This document shows, piece by piece, positions 1 through 10,732 of a stretch of DNA of 64,000 bases (positions within the stretch are counted from its first letter, which is position 1; each line of letters opens with the position of its first letter). Where the stretch lies: the IMG/VR virus record IMGVR_UViG_3300045988_187372; one strand, 5' to 3'. The DNA comes from a virus. The translations under genes and the position numbers were made by a program. The notes under the pieces are model-generated. The model did not search any database. It worked only from the letters and a program-made list of their open reading frames with translations, and was not told the DNA's origin.

Positions 1-78
1 ACTTTTTCTTTGTATTGTTGTATTTGTAAATCATTCATGTAATCACCTCCAAGGAAAGTTAAATTTCTTTTCATTTGT

Positions 79-456
79 TTAAAAATCAACTTCTTTTTCT
101 TCAAAGCATCCTACTCCATCTCTAAACCATGATACTTTATTAGTTTTCTGTTTCGTTTGTAGTTTTGTAATCTCATCTTGTAGTTTTTCTATCTGCTTTG
201 AATAATAAGTAGCGAAAATATCAGAAGCTTTTTTATCATCTCTACCAACCAAAATAATCGTATTATCATATAACACTTTTTCTATGTCACAACTATTTAT
301 GCGATTTTTAAATCCATAATAATTTTCATCTTTTAAGCCATAATAAATACTAGAGTTATTTTCCCCACCATAAGATCCTTCATATACATCGAAATATAAT
401 TCTGTATTCACTTTATTGTAAATATATAATTCAATTCTGTTATTTTTATTTTCCAT
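79..456 (-). CDS. hypothetical protein
   Basis: 125-aa ORF in track; no recognisable motif. Confidence 0.45.
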   Translation of the reverse strand: MENKNNRIELYIYNKVNTELYFDVYEGSYGGENNSSIYYGLKDENYYGFKNRINSCDIEKVLYDNTIILVGRDDKKASDIFATYYSKQIEKLQDEITKLQTKQKTNKVSWFRDGVGCFEEKEVDF

Positions 457-671
457 ATGTTCTATTCTCCATTCAAAATAAATTTAGATTTCTTAGTATT
501 AAAACTGTGACCGAATTGTTATCTTTAATACACCACCTGTAATGTCCCAACTCTTAACTGTGGAATATCCATAGGAAAAAATTGCTTCCTGTTTATGATT
601 ATATTTTTTTATATTTAAGTAGTGTCTGAGTGTTTTAAAATAATCACTCCTTTATTTTTTAATTAATTATT

Positions 672-884
672 TTATTTGACTAATATTGGATTGCAATCAT
701 AATCATAAGAATACTTTTCATAGGATTTTGTGAATGTCTTTTCAACCTTATACTTTTTTCCACATATATCACATTCTTTTATAATATCAATCTGGCATTC
801 TTCATTATTCATATAATTAATTTCTTTCTCAATGATTTCATCATCATTCCCATCAGAATGACCGCAAAATGGACAACCAAGCAT
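672..884 (-). CDS. small Cys-rich zinc-ribbon protein
   Basis: 70 aa with CPFCG...CDICGKKY double CxxC; RBS AAAGGAAAGAGAGG upstream. Confidence 0.5.
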   Translation of the reverse strand: MLGCPFCGHSDGNDDEIIEKEINYMNNEECQIDIIKECDICGKKYKVEKTFTKSYEKYSYDYDCNPILVK

Positions 885-914
885 ATTTAATACCTCTCTT
901 TCCTTTTATTCATA

Positions 915-1352
915 TTATTTAATATATTCCTTTACAACTTCTGATGCAACTTTACTGTCTAACAATGCTCCAAACTTGAGCTTAAGTGATTTCATACATA
1001 TTCCCATATTCTTTTCAATATGAGAGTCTAATAAATACTCCGCAATTACCTGATTTGATACAGATTTAGGTAAAAAATTATTTACAACAGCAATGCTTTC
1101 TGTAAGCTCTGAAAATCTCTTTGGATCACTCTCATTTGTAATATATGAAAGTGTATCCTCAAGCTGCTTTAATTCCTTTCTTGCTGCTCTTATTATATAT
1201 TCATCAGCAATTACATCACATTTATTTTCTTTTGCATCTTTCTGAGCCTTGTCTAATACATTTTTGTATACAGAATAATGAATACTATTTTTTGTTTCAA
1301 TCTTTTCCTTTAAAGAAATTTTTATATTGTTTCTTAAATCATCAATTAACAT
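915..1352 (-). CDS. GatB/YqeY-domain protein
   Basis: 145 aa; C-terminal 'NFLPKS...AEYLL...NMGICMKSLKLKFGALLDSKVASEVVKEYI' resembles YqeY C-terminus; promoter motif at 1388-1403. Confidence 0.45.
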   Translation of the reverse strand: MLIDDLRNNIKISLKEKIETKNSIHYSVYKNVLDKAQKDAKENKCDVIADEYIIRAARKELKQLEDTLSYITNESDPKRFSELTESIAVVNNFLPKSVSNQVIAEYLLDSHIEKNMGICMKSLKLKFGALLDSKVASEVVKEYIK

Positions 1353-1387
1353 AATAAATTCTCCTTTATATAATATATTTTCCTATA

Positions 1388-1403
1388 TTATATGACAGAA
1401 AAT
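1388..1403 (-). promoter_or_regulatory. conserved promoter motif (gene-sense TTTTCTGTCATAT[A/T])
   Basis: + strand reads TATATGACAGAAAATT ~35 nt upstream of start of 915..1352; -10-like CATATAAT in gene sense. Confidence 0.6.
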
Positions 1404-1526
1404 TAAATAAATTATTTGACATAAAATATTTGTTTTTAATATCTTTTTTAATGGTTCTTGTATTTATTTTTGCCATTTAATTATATACAATGCCAACAAT
1501 ATTTATAGTATTAAAATGTATCAGAA

Positions 1527-1553
1527 AAGCCGGCTACAAAAGTAACCGGCTTA
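1527..1553 (-). terminator. intrinsic terminator
   Basis: AAGCCGGTTACTTTTGTAGCCGGCTT followed by TTTCTGAT on minus strand. Confidence 0.55.
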
Positions 1554-1567
1554 AAGATATTTATATT

Positions 1568-1867
1568 TTATTTTAATCCTGCATTATTAAATGCATCTGA
1601 ATCACATTTTACACCACTAGCTTTTAAAGCACTGGATAAGCTACTTTTAGTTGTATATGTAGTTCCTTTATATATTACGCTTGTTAAATTAGTACATTTA
1701 TTAAATGCATACATACTTATGGCTTTTACACTATCTGGTATTGTTATTTCTGTTAATCCTGTGCAATTACTAAATCCTGTTATTTTTGTTAAACCAATAC
1801 AATTATTAATGCCTACAATTTATGTTAAATTTGTACAATTTTCGAAAGTATCAGAATTTTTTATCAT
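1568..1867 (-). pseudogene. BspA-type leucine-rich-repeat protein fragment interrupted by in-frame TAA (at 1820-1822)
   Basis: Translation MIKNSDTFENCTNLT*IVGINNCIGLTKITGFSNCTGLTEITIPDSVKAISMYAFNKCTNLTSVIYKG...; classic F.nC..Lt.i.ip LRR periodicity continues across the stop; RBS AGGAAACAAAAAATG; terminator hairpin at 1527-1553. Confidence 0.5.
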
Positions 1868-2027
1868 TTTTTGTTTCCTTTCTTATTTTTTGATTTTATT
1901 AATAACTAATAATTTGCTGGGAATTACATAAAAACCCTCTTGGTTTTCCATAAAATTATAAAAACAATACTCATTATTGTTATTATAATTAAATATAAAA
2001 CTGCTTCCTGAATTAAAAGAAGTTTCA

Positions 2028-2432
2028 TTACTTGCTTGAAGTTTTGTTCCATCCGGTAATGTATATGTAGTTATTTTGATATTCCCACATGTCAAATTCA
2101 GCATTTTCTCCATATTTTTCTTTTACTTCTTGATTAATAGTTTCAGGGTCTGTAGGACCATCATAAGAAATTGATTCAGTATTGATTGTTACCGGTAATG
2201 TATTGGCATTTAATAAAGCTTCAGCTTCTTCTTCACTGTTTATAACTATTTTGTCATATTCTTTGTTATCAATATAAGTCTGATTATTGTTTGAAACAGT
2301 ACTTTCCTCTGTAACTATATTAATTGGTTGTACACTATTATTAAATAATCCACATCCTGATAACAACAGACAAATTGCCGGAAAACAAAAAAACATTTTT
2401 TTGCTTCTTTTTAATAATTGTATTTTACTCAT
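2028..2432 (-). CDS. lipoprotein
   Basis: signal peptide with lipobox LLSGC; promoter motif 2468-2483. Confidence 0.5.
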   Translation of the reverse strand: MSKIQLLKRSKKMFFCFPAICLLLSGCGLFNNSVQPINIVTEESTVSNNNQTYIDNKEYDKIVINSEEEAEALLNANTLPVTINTESISYDGPTDPETINQEVKEKYGENAEFDMWEYQNNYIYITGWNKTSSK

Positions 2433-2467
2433 TTTTATTTCCTTTCTTGTTTATATTTTTCATTTAT

Positions 2468-2483
2468 TAATATGACAGAATAA
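2468..2483 (-). promoter_or_regulatory. conserved promoter motif
   Basis: AATATGACAGAATAAA upstream of 2028..2432. Confidence 0.55.
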
Positions 2484-2734
2484 AAAAATATTTAAATTTT
2501 TTATTCAGAAATTTAAATTGTTAAAGTTAATATGGCAGAATTTTAAATTAAATTTTTGACATAAAAAGCATATATTATTAAGTGTGTATATTTTCAAGTA
2601 ATATCAGTAATCTTGCCGAAGCTTTAAGTTACTAATCTATGGTTTGATGGGAAATCCATATGTAAAAAAATAAGCATATGATCTGATATCCAAACAGAAG
2701 TATCTGAATGTCAGAGAAAAACATAAAATACCCT

Positions 2735-2790
2735 GTTAACATTAAGAGCTATACATGTGTTTAGCAGTTTAATGTAACAGGGTATGGATT
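2735..2790. other. 14-bp inverted repeat in GC-richer gene-free region 2476-2951
   Basis: CCCTGTTAACATTAA ...23 nt... TTAATGTAACAGGG. Confidence 0.3.
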
Positions 2791-2951
2791 CCGTCATCTT
2801 CTATACAAGAATCAGATTGTATTTAGTTTTAATGTGGTATGTCAGGATGTAAATTCTAAAGTGCAAATTTAATACTATATAAGATAGCGGATCAAGTTAT
2901 ACTGAGTACAAGGTATAAGTGAATCTTCAAAGGTTTAGCTTCTTAATACAT

Positions 2952-3473
2952 TCAATATATATATTTTATAGGAACATACAAAATTATATTTAATGTATTT
3001 TTGTCATAAGTTAAATCAAAGTTATCTGATTCAGAATATTTTATTTCACTTAAAGGTAACTTATATTCAGAATATATGCTGCTATTTTTTTTTAAATAAA
3101 CAAGTTCTGTAAAATCTGATTGAAAATATACTTCTTTATTCATGTCTATTTCTTGAATAACCTTTTTTAAAGCTATTATTTTATCCCAATATTCTGAATT
3201 TTTAATACCTATAACTATGGAATCAATGTCTTTACTGATACATATAAATAAGCTTAAATATATAAAAACACTAAAACCTATTAATGTAATTATTGAAATA
3301 AATGTAAGTTTTATAATCAAACTTATAATACTTAAAATAAAACATATAAGAATACCTGCTAAAACAATTTTAGTTATTCGTTTTTTTAATAAAGATTTAT
3401 TGATATTTTCATCAGTCGCATTATCAAAATTAATATTCAAATATTCGTTATGTGTTTTTAATTTTAAATTCAT
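2952..3473 (-). CDS. membrane protein
   Basis: 173 aa with central hydrophobic segment. Confidence 0.45.
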   Translation of the reverse strand: MNLKLKTHNEYLNINFDNATDENINKSLLKKRITKIVLAGILICFILSIISLIIKLTFISIITLIGFSVFIYLSLFICISKDIDSIVIGIKNSEYWDKIIALKKVIQEIDMNKEVYFQSDFTELVYLKKNSSIYSEYKLPLSEIKYSESDNFDLTYDKNTLNIILYVPIKYIY

Positions 3474-3589
3474 AACTTATTTTTAGTAGTAGACTGTATC
3501 GTATGTATGAAAGTATTGTAAAATAAGCATTTATTACTTCTTTTACATAAAATACTGTCTACTACGTTCTCCTTTTCTAAAATTATTCT

Positions 3590-4162
3590 TCATCCAATAG
3601 CCTGTTTATCTGTTTTAGTTTTTGTTTCTTTTGAAAACTCTTTCTTTATTTCAGGTTGCAAGTATTTATCAAATATTTCAACAATTATATTTGCTCCTGA
3701 CGGATAATCTTTTTCAATATAAATACTTTCCCAATCTATATCCGGGACAATACTTTTTACACTTTCATAGAAATAATGTTCATCCCATGTATCAATATCT
3801 AAAATTTCATTTTTAATATCTTCCCATTCTTTTTCAGTTTTAATGCCATATTCTTCAAAGCCATTAGTTTCAATATTTTCGATTGTTCCTTTCTTGCTTT
3901 TTTCAAGAAGAAATATGTTTCTGTTTGAAATCTTATTTACCAGATAATATTTATCAATCCGGCTCATAAGATGCATGAAATCTTCATGTTCATTATATCC
4001 CCAGCGATATGAATAATCTCCGGCATCACTATTAATTGTGAGAATCCCTGCATCACAGTCAAATGTAAATCTAGCCCAAAAGCATAATGAATAAATTTCA
4101 TCATCTTTAGAAGCCTTTAAGTTGTATGTATATATTCTTGGATTTATTTTTGTTATTTCCAT
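3590..4162 (-). CDS. hypothetical protein
   Basis: 190-aa ORF, acidic, no motif recognised. Confidence 0.5.
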   Translation of the reverse strand: MEITKINPRIYTYNLKASKDDEIYSLCFWARFTFDCDAGILTINSDAGDYSYRWGYNEHEDFMHLMSRIDKYYLVNKISNRNIFLLEKSKKGTIENIETNGFEEYGIKTEKEWEDIKNEILDIDTWDEHYFYESVKSIVPDIDWESIYIEKDYPSGANIIVEIFDKYLQPEIKKEFSKETKTKTDKQAIG

Positions 4163-4371
4163 AGTTTTTCCTTTCTTGCTATTAAACTGTTGTTACAAAC
4201 TAATATTGATTTCTTTTTCTATTGTATTTTTAGGAACATACAGTTTAATTTCTTTAATTCCTAAAGAATTGTTCTTTATTAAATAACTTCATATCCAGAG
4301 CAGTTTTAAGCAGATGTTCAAAAATAATATAAACCTCCTTGCTATGATCTGCCCTGCCTCTGTTGCATGTA

Positions 4372-5043
4372 TTAATATGATGTAATTAAAGAGCCTTCAT
4401 CCATATCAAAAGTTACTGTTTTGCCTTTCTTTAACTGGCAAAATAAATCAGCTCTGTCATCTCCAAATCCAAATGGAAGATAATCATAACTTTCTATTTC
4501 ATTCCTGATAAGAAAATCTTTATTAAGCTTAAATGATTCATTCCATATTCTTTTTACTGTTTTTGTTATCATTTTCATATCATCAACTGAAAAGATTACG
4601 CTGCCATCAAAATACTTCATCTGTTTTGTAAGGTAGTCTGTATAGCTTTCGGGAGTATCTTCAATTAATCCTTCATTTATAGCTTCTCTTACTTCATCTG
4701 CTGTTAATGGCAGATATGTGTATCGTTTTACGGCTGTTATATGTGTTATTCCGGTTACTATTGCTATTACAATCATGCCTATAATAGCAAAAGCAACTAA
4801 CAGTATGAAAATAATGCCAACTAGATATATGCCACCTATAGTTGTTTTTATCAAAAATATTGCAAACTTACTATTTACATCTTCTATATACGAATTTATT
4901 TCTTTTTCGTTTATGTATGGCAATATCAGATTTCCTATAATGGCAGATAAGGCAATATATATCATAATTGCCCCGGCTACTATTACTCCTGTACACTCAT
5001 TAAAAAATTCTTTCCAAAATGATTTCTTTTTCTTAAATTTCAT
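4372..5043 (-). CDS. membrane protein
   Basis: 223 aa, two TM segments near N-terminus; RBS GGAG 7 nt upstream; TAAgttATG coupling to upstream gene. Confidence 0.5.
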   Translation of the reverse strand: MKFKKKKSFWKEFFNECTGVIVAGAIMIYIALSAIIGNLILPYINEKEINSYIEDVNSKFAIFLIKTTIGGIYLVGIIFILLVAFAIIGMIVIAIVTGITHITAVKRYTYLPLTADEVREAINEGLIEDTPESYTDYLTKQMKYFDGSVIFSVDDMKMITKTVKRIWNESFKLNKDFLIRNEIESYDYLPFGFGDDRADLFCQLKKGKTVTFDMDEGSLITSY

Positions 5044-5046
5044 AAC

Positions 5047-5337
5047 TTATCTCCTTTTTAGTATTAATTCATATATTTTAAAATCTGCATCTTCTGTAAT
5101 AATAAATCCATCCTTATAAGACTCCTTATACTTAAGTGATTTTAAAAATGTTATCTGTTCTTCCCTTGATAATTGCTTCTTAAAGGCAATAATCTCATCA
5201 TGGCTGCAATCAGTACATTGCTCAATAAGACTATATAGAAATGACTTCTCTTTTACTCTGTCAATTAAATCAATAATTGATTTAAACAGCATTATTACCA
5301 TAAAAGTTACAACAAACGAAAGTATAATAATCTTCAT
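5047..5337 (-). CDS. membrane-anchored hypothetical protein
   Basis: 96 aa with N-terminal TM helix. Confidence 0.5.
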   Translation of the reverse strand: MKIIILSFVVTFMVIMLFKSIIDLIDRVKEKSFLYSLIEQCTDCSHDEIIAFKKQLSREEQITFLKSLKYKESYKDGFIITEDADFKIYELILKRR

Positions 5338-5361
5338 AAATAGCCCCCATTTATCATATTT

Positions 5362-5637
5362 CTAATAACCGCCATGCTGTTCAATATATTTCATTAATTC
5401 GGGCGAAAATAAACACAGCCCTTTAATGCCCTGCTTATCAAGTTTTTTCTTTATCTTTTCATACTTCTGTATATTAAGAATCCTGCCATCCTTATTTACA
5501 TAGAATGAATTATCAGAAGTAAAATTATTACAGTCTGATGTAAACCATTCCCCGGATTTATCCTTAAAAATATATCACCAATATCCAGTTTGCTGTGCTA
5601 TTTTTCTTGCTTTTTTTCTTGCTTCTTTAAATGTCAT
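5362..5637 (-). pseudogene. small protein gene interrupted by in-frame TGA
   Basis: ATG at 5637 with RBS AGGAGAAAAATA; reads MTFKEARKKARKIAQQTGYW-TGA-YIFKDKSGEWFTSDCNNF...QHGGY* in one frame (92 codons); not in ORF track because of the internal stop. Confidence 0.45.
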
Positions 5638-5775
5638 TATTTTTCTCCTAAAAAAGACATGTCCAAATTCTTTATATCAGCTTCATACCCATTATGAATA
5701 TCCCTTAAAGTTATATTCTTAGATATATTTCAATCATTTATCACCTTTCCTCCTTTTTGTTTTCCCTTATACAAA

Positions 5776-6180
5776 TCACTCAATAATTTTAATACTCGCA
5801 TTATCTACTAATGGATATACAACTATCTTTCTGTCTTTAATATCATAACCGTATGTTGTATTATTGCTTGTGAACTTATTGTCTTTCTTAATGAAGGAAG
5901 CATCTTCATATTCTCTTCTAATAGCAGTCTGTATATTCTGTTCATTATCACAGGTGCAGCCTATTATTGGTAAAATTATAATTAAAACTCCAACAATAAT
6001 CGTTATCATTCCTGATATAGTCTGAATTCCTTGAATATCAAATCCTGATTTGATATAATTCGCCACGCCTATTCCCCATAAAATAACTCCTGCTATAATT
6101 ATTAAAAGCCCTATTAATACGCCTACTGTCCAATTAGAATCCCCGTAATCCATAAATATCTTTGACAAATTATGTACCAT
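5776..6180 (-). CDS. membrane protein
   Basis: 134 aa with two long hydrophobic helices. Confidence 0.5.
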   Translation of the reverse strand: MVHNLSKIFMDYGDSNWTVGVLIGLLIIIAGVILWGIGVANYIKSGFDIQGIQTISGMITIIVGVLIIILPIIGCTCDNEQNIQTAIRREYEDASFIKKDNKFTSNNTTYGYDIKDRKIVVYPLVDNASIKIIE

Positions 6181-6206
6181 ATGTTTATCCTTCTTTCTTA
6201 TTTAGC

Positions 6207-7073
6207 CTATACTCTTAGCCAAAATATCTTTAATGCCATTTGAATTTCTTCAGGAGTAAATTCATTGTATTTACATATCAACAGAATATGTGCTGTAACA
6301 GGAACAATGTATAAATTTGTTTTCAGTTCCTCTGAAATATTTTTAAGCAAATTATTGTTCAGAATTGCACTTGTATTATAAAAGTCGATTACATTTTGAA
6401 TTACATATATTCCTTTAATACATTTGCTCTCAAACCCACCAGAATTACTTAGAAAAGATAATTCTTTCTTTGTCTTTTCATAATTATCATCATCTGCCAG
6501 TTGCGTCAAAAAATAATCACCTAATACACTGATAAAATATTTGTTGGAATATATTGAATGAATTGCAAGATTGTACAATTCGTTTTCATCAATTTTCAGT
6601 ATGTCCCTCATATAGTTATTATCAATTACAAACATTGTACCTTCTGAATTTTCTTTAGGTATGATCACATTATAAATTATTTCGAACTCATAAAATGGCC
6701 TATGAGGAATGCCGTTTAAATCTTCCATATTGTCCGGCTTTTGTATTAATTGAGGCATAATATAGTGTTTTATATCATTTGAATTAATTTCTGGAGCTAA
6801 ATTATTAAGTTTATATTCACTACCATTAGAATTTTTGTTTCTATAAAATGCTTCAGATATTGACAATGCAATTTCTTTTATTGACGAATTATTTAAATAT
6901 TGTTTATATAATTGATTTAATTTAAATTCTAAGGGACGCATAAACTGATTTTTAGAATGAAAAATAAGCTTATATGATGTGTAAACTATATCTGTTGGTG
7001 TAATATCTTCAATATTTTGAAGTAATTCGAATTTAAGATGTTTAAGAAAATCTTCGTAATTCATTTTTTGCAT
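6207..7073 (-). CDS. hypothetical protein
   Basis: 288-aa ORF; promoter motif 7108-7123. Confidence 0.55.
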   Translation of the reverse strand: MQKMNYEDFLKHLKFELLQNIEDITPTDIVYTSYKLIFHSKNQFMRPLEFKLNQLYKQYLNNSSIKEIALSISEAFYRNKNSNGSEYKLNNLAPEINSNDIKHYIMPQLIQKPDNMEDLNGIPHRPFYEFEIIYNVIIPKENSEGTMFVIDNNYMRDILKIDENELYNLAIHSIYSNKYFISVLGDYFLTQLADDDNYEKTKKELSFLSNSGGFESKCIKGIYVIQNVIDFYNTSAILNNNLLKNISEELKTNLYIVPVTAHILLICKYNEFTPEEIQMALKIFWLRV

Positions 7074-7107
7074 ATAATTAGTTCTCCTTTTATTTAGTTA
7101 TATTTTT

Positions 7108-7123
7108 AATATGACAGAAAAAA
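7108..7123 (-). promoter_or_regulatory. conserved promoter motif
   Basis: AATATGACAGAAAAAA upstream of 6207..7073. Confidence 0.6.
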
Positions 7124-7264
7124 TGAATTATTATTTTACATAAAATAATTGATGTGTATGAAAATAAGACAGTAACTAAATGTAAATGCCTTTTATTTAT
7201 TAAAATATCCCGTTTTTGTGTTTTTCTAAGCACTTTATTGGGTATACTATGCCTTCGCTTGTAA

Positions 7265-7530
7265 AAAATAATAACAATATATTGTACGTTTATTGTTATA
7301 TATTAGTTTAATATGTTAACTTTATTAACAATATATAGTTATTTAAGATTTATTAAAATATAGCTAAGATACAAAAATAATAACAATATATAGATATAAA
7401 ATATGATTTAATATACATTAAAATTAACATCATTATGTTATAGAATAGAAGAACTTGTGCAATAAAATTAACAATATATAGCTAAATATTTGATACATAA
7501 ATGTAATAATGATAACAATATGTAGTAATG
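7265..7530. repeat. iteron array, candidate origin of replication
   Basis: (A/T)TAACAATATATAG copies at ~7271, 7326, 7381 (55-bp spacing), 7469, 7513 plus TAATTGGG(T/A) repeats further right, inside a 1.28-kb gene-free region. Confidence 0.5.
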
Positions 7531-8352
7531 TATTATCCGTTGCATAGCCAATAAAATGCCTTATATGTGTCAGAATAATACCATGATGTAGTTATCATAT
7601 GCTGATTTAAGAGATAAAAAATGTTAATTTGATAACATATAATTGGTAATATTAGCAATTATATATGGATTAATTGGGTACAATAGACTGAATGATCAGT
7701 GAGAAAAATAAATATAACTGATTAATGGGATATAATTATTATTTACTAAAGTTAATTAATGGAATTACTGGAAACACATATAGGAATGATAGAGTAAAGG
7801 AAATAGATCTAAGAACAAATAAGAAAGAATTAGTGTATATGAATGCATCTATTGAGACAGAAATGGAATTATTGGGTTTACTAAGGCATTTGCAGGGCGA
7901 AGAATAGATTTACAGGAATCTAGTAATCATAATTTTTGTAATTATCATATATTATATATGAGGGAATTATATTATTTATTAGTGTATTAAAGGCATTAAT
8001 TGGGATAAATGAAGTGCTTGCTAGAGACAGGTAAGGAATTGCCAGGGAAATAAACACAAGATGTATTAAGCTGATAAATGATATTGTATAAGGATATAAC
8101 AATAATAGTTATACGCTTTTAATCCTTAATAATGTTCTGGCGGTTATTATATTAAGTCTTAAAACGCTATTAAGGAATAATCAAATGTATTATATAAGGC
8201 TCTAATTTTTATATTTTATTAATAAAAAGCGTATCAATGAAAAAGAAAATAATAGAAGGGCTTTGAAGAAGGTGTATGACATATTACACTTAAAGGAAGT
8301 GTAATCATAAAAAAATACAGCTACCTATTGATAACTGCATTTTATTTATATA

Positions 8353-9381
8353 TTACATAAAAGATTGTATACTATATCCTTTCCGTCTGAAACGAACTCT
8401 AATCTTTTTTATTGCTTTTGATTCAATCTGTCTGATTCGTTCTCTGGAAACATTCCATTCAGTACCTATATCTTTTAAAGTTTTAACCTTTGAACCATAT
8501 CCCATTCTACTCTTAATTACATATAATTCTCTAGGAGTGAGACAATCTTCAACTTCTTTCCAAAGCAGTTCATTCATTTCTTTTTGAATAATCGTATCTT
8601 CAACTTTAGGTTCAGGAGCTTCTATATAATCAGCCAAACACGAATCGTCATGGCCTTCGTCACTTTGAATAGGTGCATCTAATGAAACCAATTCATTAAA
8701 GCTCTGAATATGTACAAGCATTTCTTTAGTTAAAAGAGGATATCTTTGTTTTACTACATCATATAATTCATCAATTGTAGGTTTTCTTTGAAGTTTATTA
8801 GTTAAATCCACAAATGTAGTCTTAACAAAAGAATCCTGTTCTCTTACATGTACAGGGAATCTAACTAATAAATCATAATTGGCTAATTCTCTATATATAC
8901 TCTGTCTAATCCAATGAGTTGCATAAGTTGAAAATGCATATCCTAATTTATAATCAAACATTTGTATAGCTCTGTATAACCCGAAAATACCGGCCTGACA
9001 TAAATCATCCATTTCAAAACTTTGCGTTTTAGCTGTAACAGCTTTAGCAATACTGATGACTAAACGCATATTAGATAAAATCAATTTTTCAGTTATTTCT
9101 TTTTTCTTTTTAGGATGTTTTTTTATCTCTTCAAATAATTTAAGAGTTTCATCTTTGGATAAAACCGGATAATCAGCGAATGATTTAATATAATAAGTTA
9201 TATTATTTTCTAATAATAGTTTCTCTTTTTCATTTAAAATCTCTTTATCATTTAAAATATCGGTATAATTATCCTCTGATAAAATATTTATGTTTTCTAC
9301 TGATTTATTTGTGTCAAATAATTCATCAACATATTCATCTTTATTGTTTTTTTTATTTAATAATAAATTCTTATCTGCCAT
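8353..9381 (-). CDS. sigma-70 family RNA polymerase sigma factor
   Basis: Region 2 'DLCQAGIFGLYRAIQMFDYKLGYAFSTYATHWIRQSI' and region 4 HTH 'LKDIGTEWNVSRERIRQIESKAIKKIR'. Confidence 0.8.
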   Translation of the reverse strand: MADKNLLLNKKNNKDEYVDELFDTNKSVENINILSEDNYTDILNDKEILNEKEKLLLENNITYYIKSFADYPVLSKDETLKLFEEIKKHPKKKKEITEKLILSNMRLVISIAKAVTAKTQSFEMDDLCQAGIFGLYRAIQMFDYKLGYAFSTYATHWIRQSIYRELANYDLLVRFPVHVREQDSFVKTTFVDLTNKLQRKPTIDELYDVVKQRYPLLTKEMLVHIQSFNELVSLDAPIQSDEGHDDSCLADYIEAPEPKVEDTIIQKEMNELLWKEVEDCLTPRELYVIKSRMGYGSKVKTLKDIGTEWNVSRERIRQIESKAIKKIRVRFRRKGYSIQSFM

Positions 9382-9393
9382 AAAAATCTCCTC

Positions 9394-9789
9394 TTAACAT
9401 TGATGTCCTAGCATTTTTAATTCATTATTTGCTTCTATTTTCATTGTACATATTCTACTAATTGCATTATATGTAAATTTAGATTGCTCTTCAAAGGTTC
9501 CTAATATATCTCGTTTAATCATAAGCTCTTTACATTTATCTGAAGACTCTTTGTGTAATTTCATTTCTTTTACCATTGAATCTAAAATAGAATGCATTGA
9601 GGAAAAATAGGTAAAATAATTTCCTACTTCACTCAATAAATTTCCTATTTCCAATAAATCTATTTCATCTGATCTAGGAATTTCTTTCTTAAAATTAATT
9701 AAATACCATTCATATAAATCCGTTGAAGAAGCTTCAAGGATATCACTTATAGACTTATTTTTTAATTCATTATTCATATTTGTTTCCAT
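9394..9789 (-). CDS. hypothetical protein
   Basis: 131-aa ORF with RBS AAGGAG; translationally coupled to neighbours. Confidence 0.5.
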   Translation of the reverse strand: METNMNNELKNKSISDILEASSTDLYEWYLINFKKEIPRSDEIDLLEIGNLLSEVGNYFTYFSSMHSILDSMVKEMKLHKESSDKCKELMIKRDILGTFEEQSKFTYNAISRICTMKIEANNELKMLGHQC

Positions 9790-9792
9790 AAA

Positions 9793-10704
9793 TTATTGCT
9801 CCTTAATTTCTATATTGATATTTTCAAAACACTTAATTACAAAATAAATTAAACTCATTATGCAGACTATTAAAATGCATACCTGTAAATATATATTTGT
9901 TATAAAAAACGTAAATGGTATTAATGCCACACAGTTTATTAGAATATGATATAAGCTGCTAAGTTTAATACCATATTTATCTCTTACAGCACCTAACAAA
10001 TATCCGCCAAAAGCATATATAGGGAATAAAATAAAATTAAAATGAATTATTCCAAATAAAACTGCTTGGATTATATTTGCACATAATTTATTGTTGCTTG
10101 CTTTATATGCATAGCCATAAATTATATATCTAAAAGTCAATTCCTCAATAATAGGTGCCACAAAAGTTGCTATTATTGTAGATATAATTGTTTTTATTCC
10201 TAAACTTCCATAATCAATATCTGATACATTTACAAAATGCATTTGGATTCCTGAAATAAGCTGCAATATTACAGAAATTAATATGAAACAAAATACAAAA
10301 TTCCAATTTACTACTAATTTATTTTTCATAAACAAATCTTTTTTATAATTGTAAAATGAGCTTTTTATACAAATAATGCACATAACAAACATTAATGTAT
10401 ATGTTGATATTGTGTAAATTAATCGAAATCCTTCATAATCTATTTTAGTTGAAATTCCTCCTGCATCATTCATATACATATTTAATAGACTGTCTATAAA
10501 TGTTGCAATAAACATTGAAAATAAAATTATAAAAACAGAAATAATAAATGGAATAAAAATCTTTATATACTGTTTTGATTTTGAAAAGAAAGAATTACTT
10601 TTCATTTTGTTTTTTGCCATAAAATCCATATAAGAATTTAAATCATGCTTATTTTTTTTATTTCTTAATTCCTTAATATTACTGTTATTGTTACTAAGTA
10701 TCAT
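9793..10704 (-). CDS. CPBP-family (CAAX/Abi) intramembrane metalloprotease
   Basis: polytopic membrane protein with EELTFR and FGIIHF motifs. Confidence 0.7.
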   Translation of the reverse strand: MILSNNNSNIKELRNKKNKHDLNSYMDFMAKNKMKSNSFFSKSKQYIKIFIPFIISVFIILFSMFIATFIDSLLNMYMNDAGGISTKIDYEGFRLIYTISTYTLMFVMCIICIKSSFYNYKKDLFMKNKLVVNWNFVFCFILISVILQLISGIQMHFVNVSDIDYGSLGIKTIISTIIATFVAPIIEELTFRYIIYGYAYKASNNKLCANIIQAVLFGIIHFNFILFPIYAFGGYLLGAVRDKYGIKLSSLYHILINCVALIPFTFFITNIYLQVCILIVCIMSLIYFVIKCFENINIEIKEQ

Positions 10705-10732
10705 ATATTTTCCTCCAACCTTTCTAATATAT

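Noticed and set aside
1145-5119. Plus-strand track ORFs 1145..1354, 1719..1931, 2287..2475, 3217..3486, 3622..3816, 4718..5119
   Set aside because: Each lies antisense within a better-supported minus-strand gene or its promoter region. They have no RBS or promoter motif and a low-complexity, AT-codon-driven composition.
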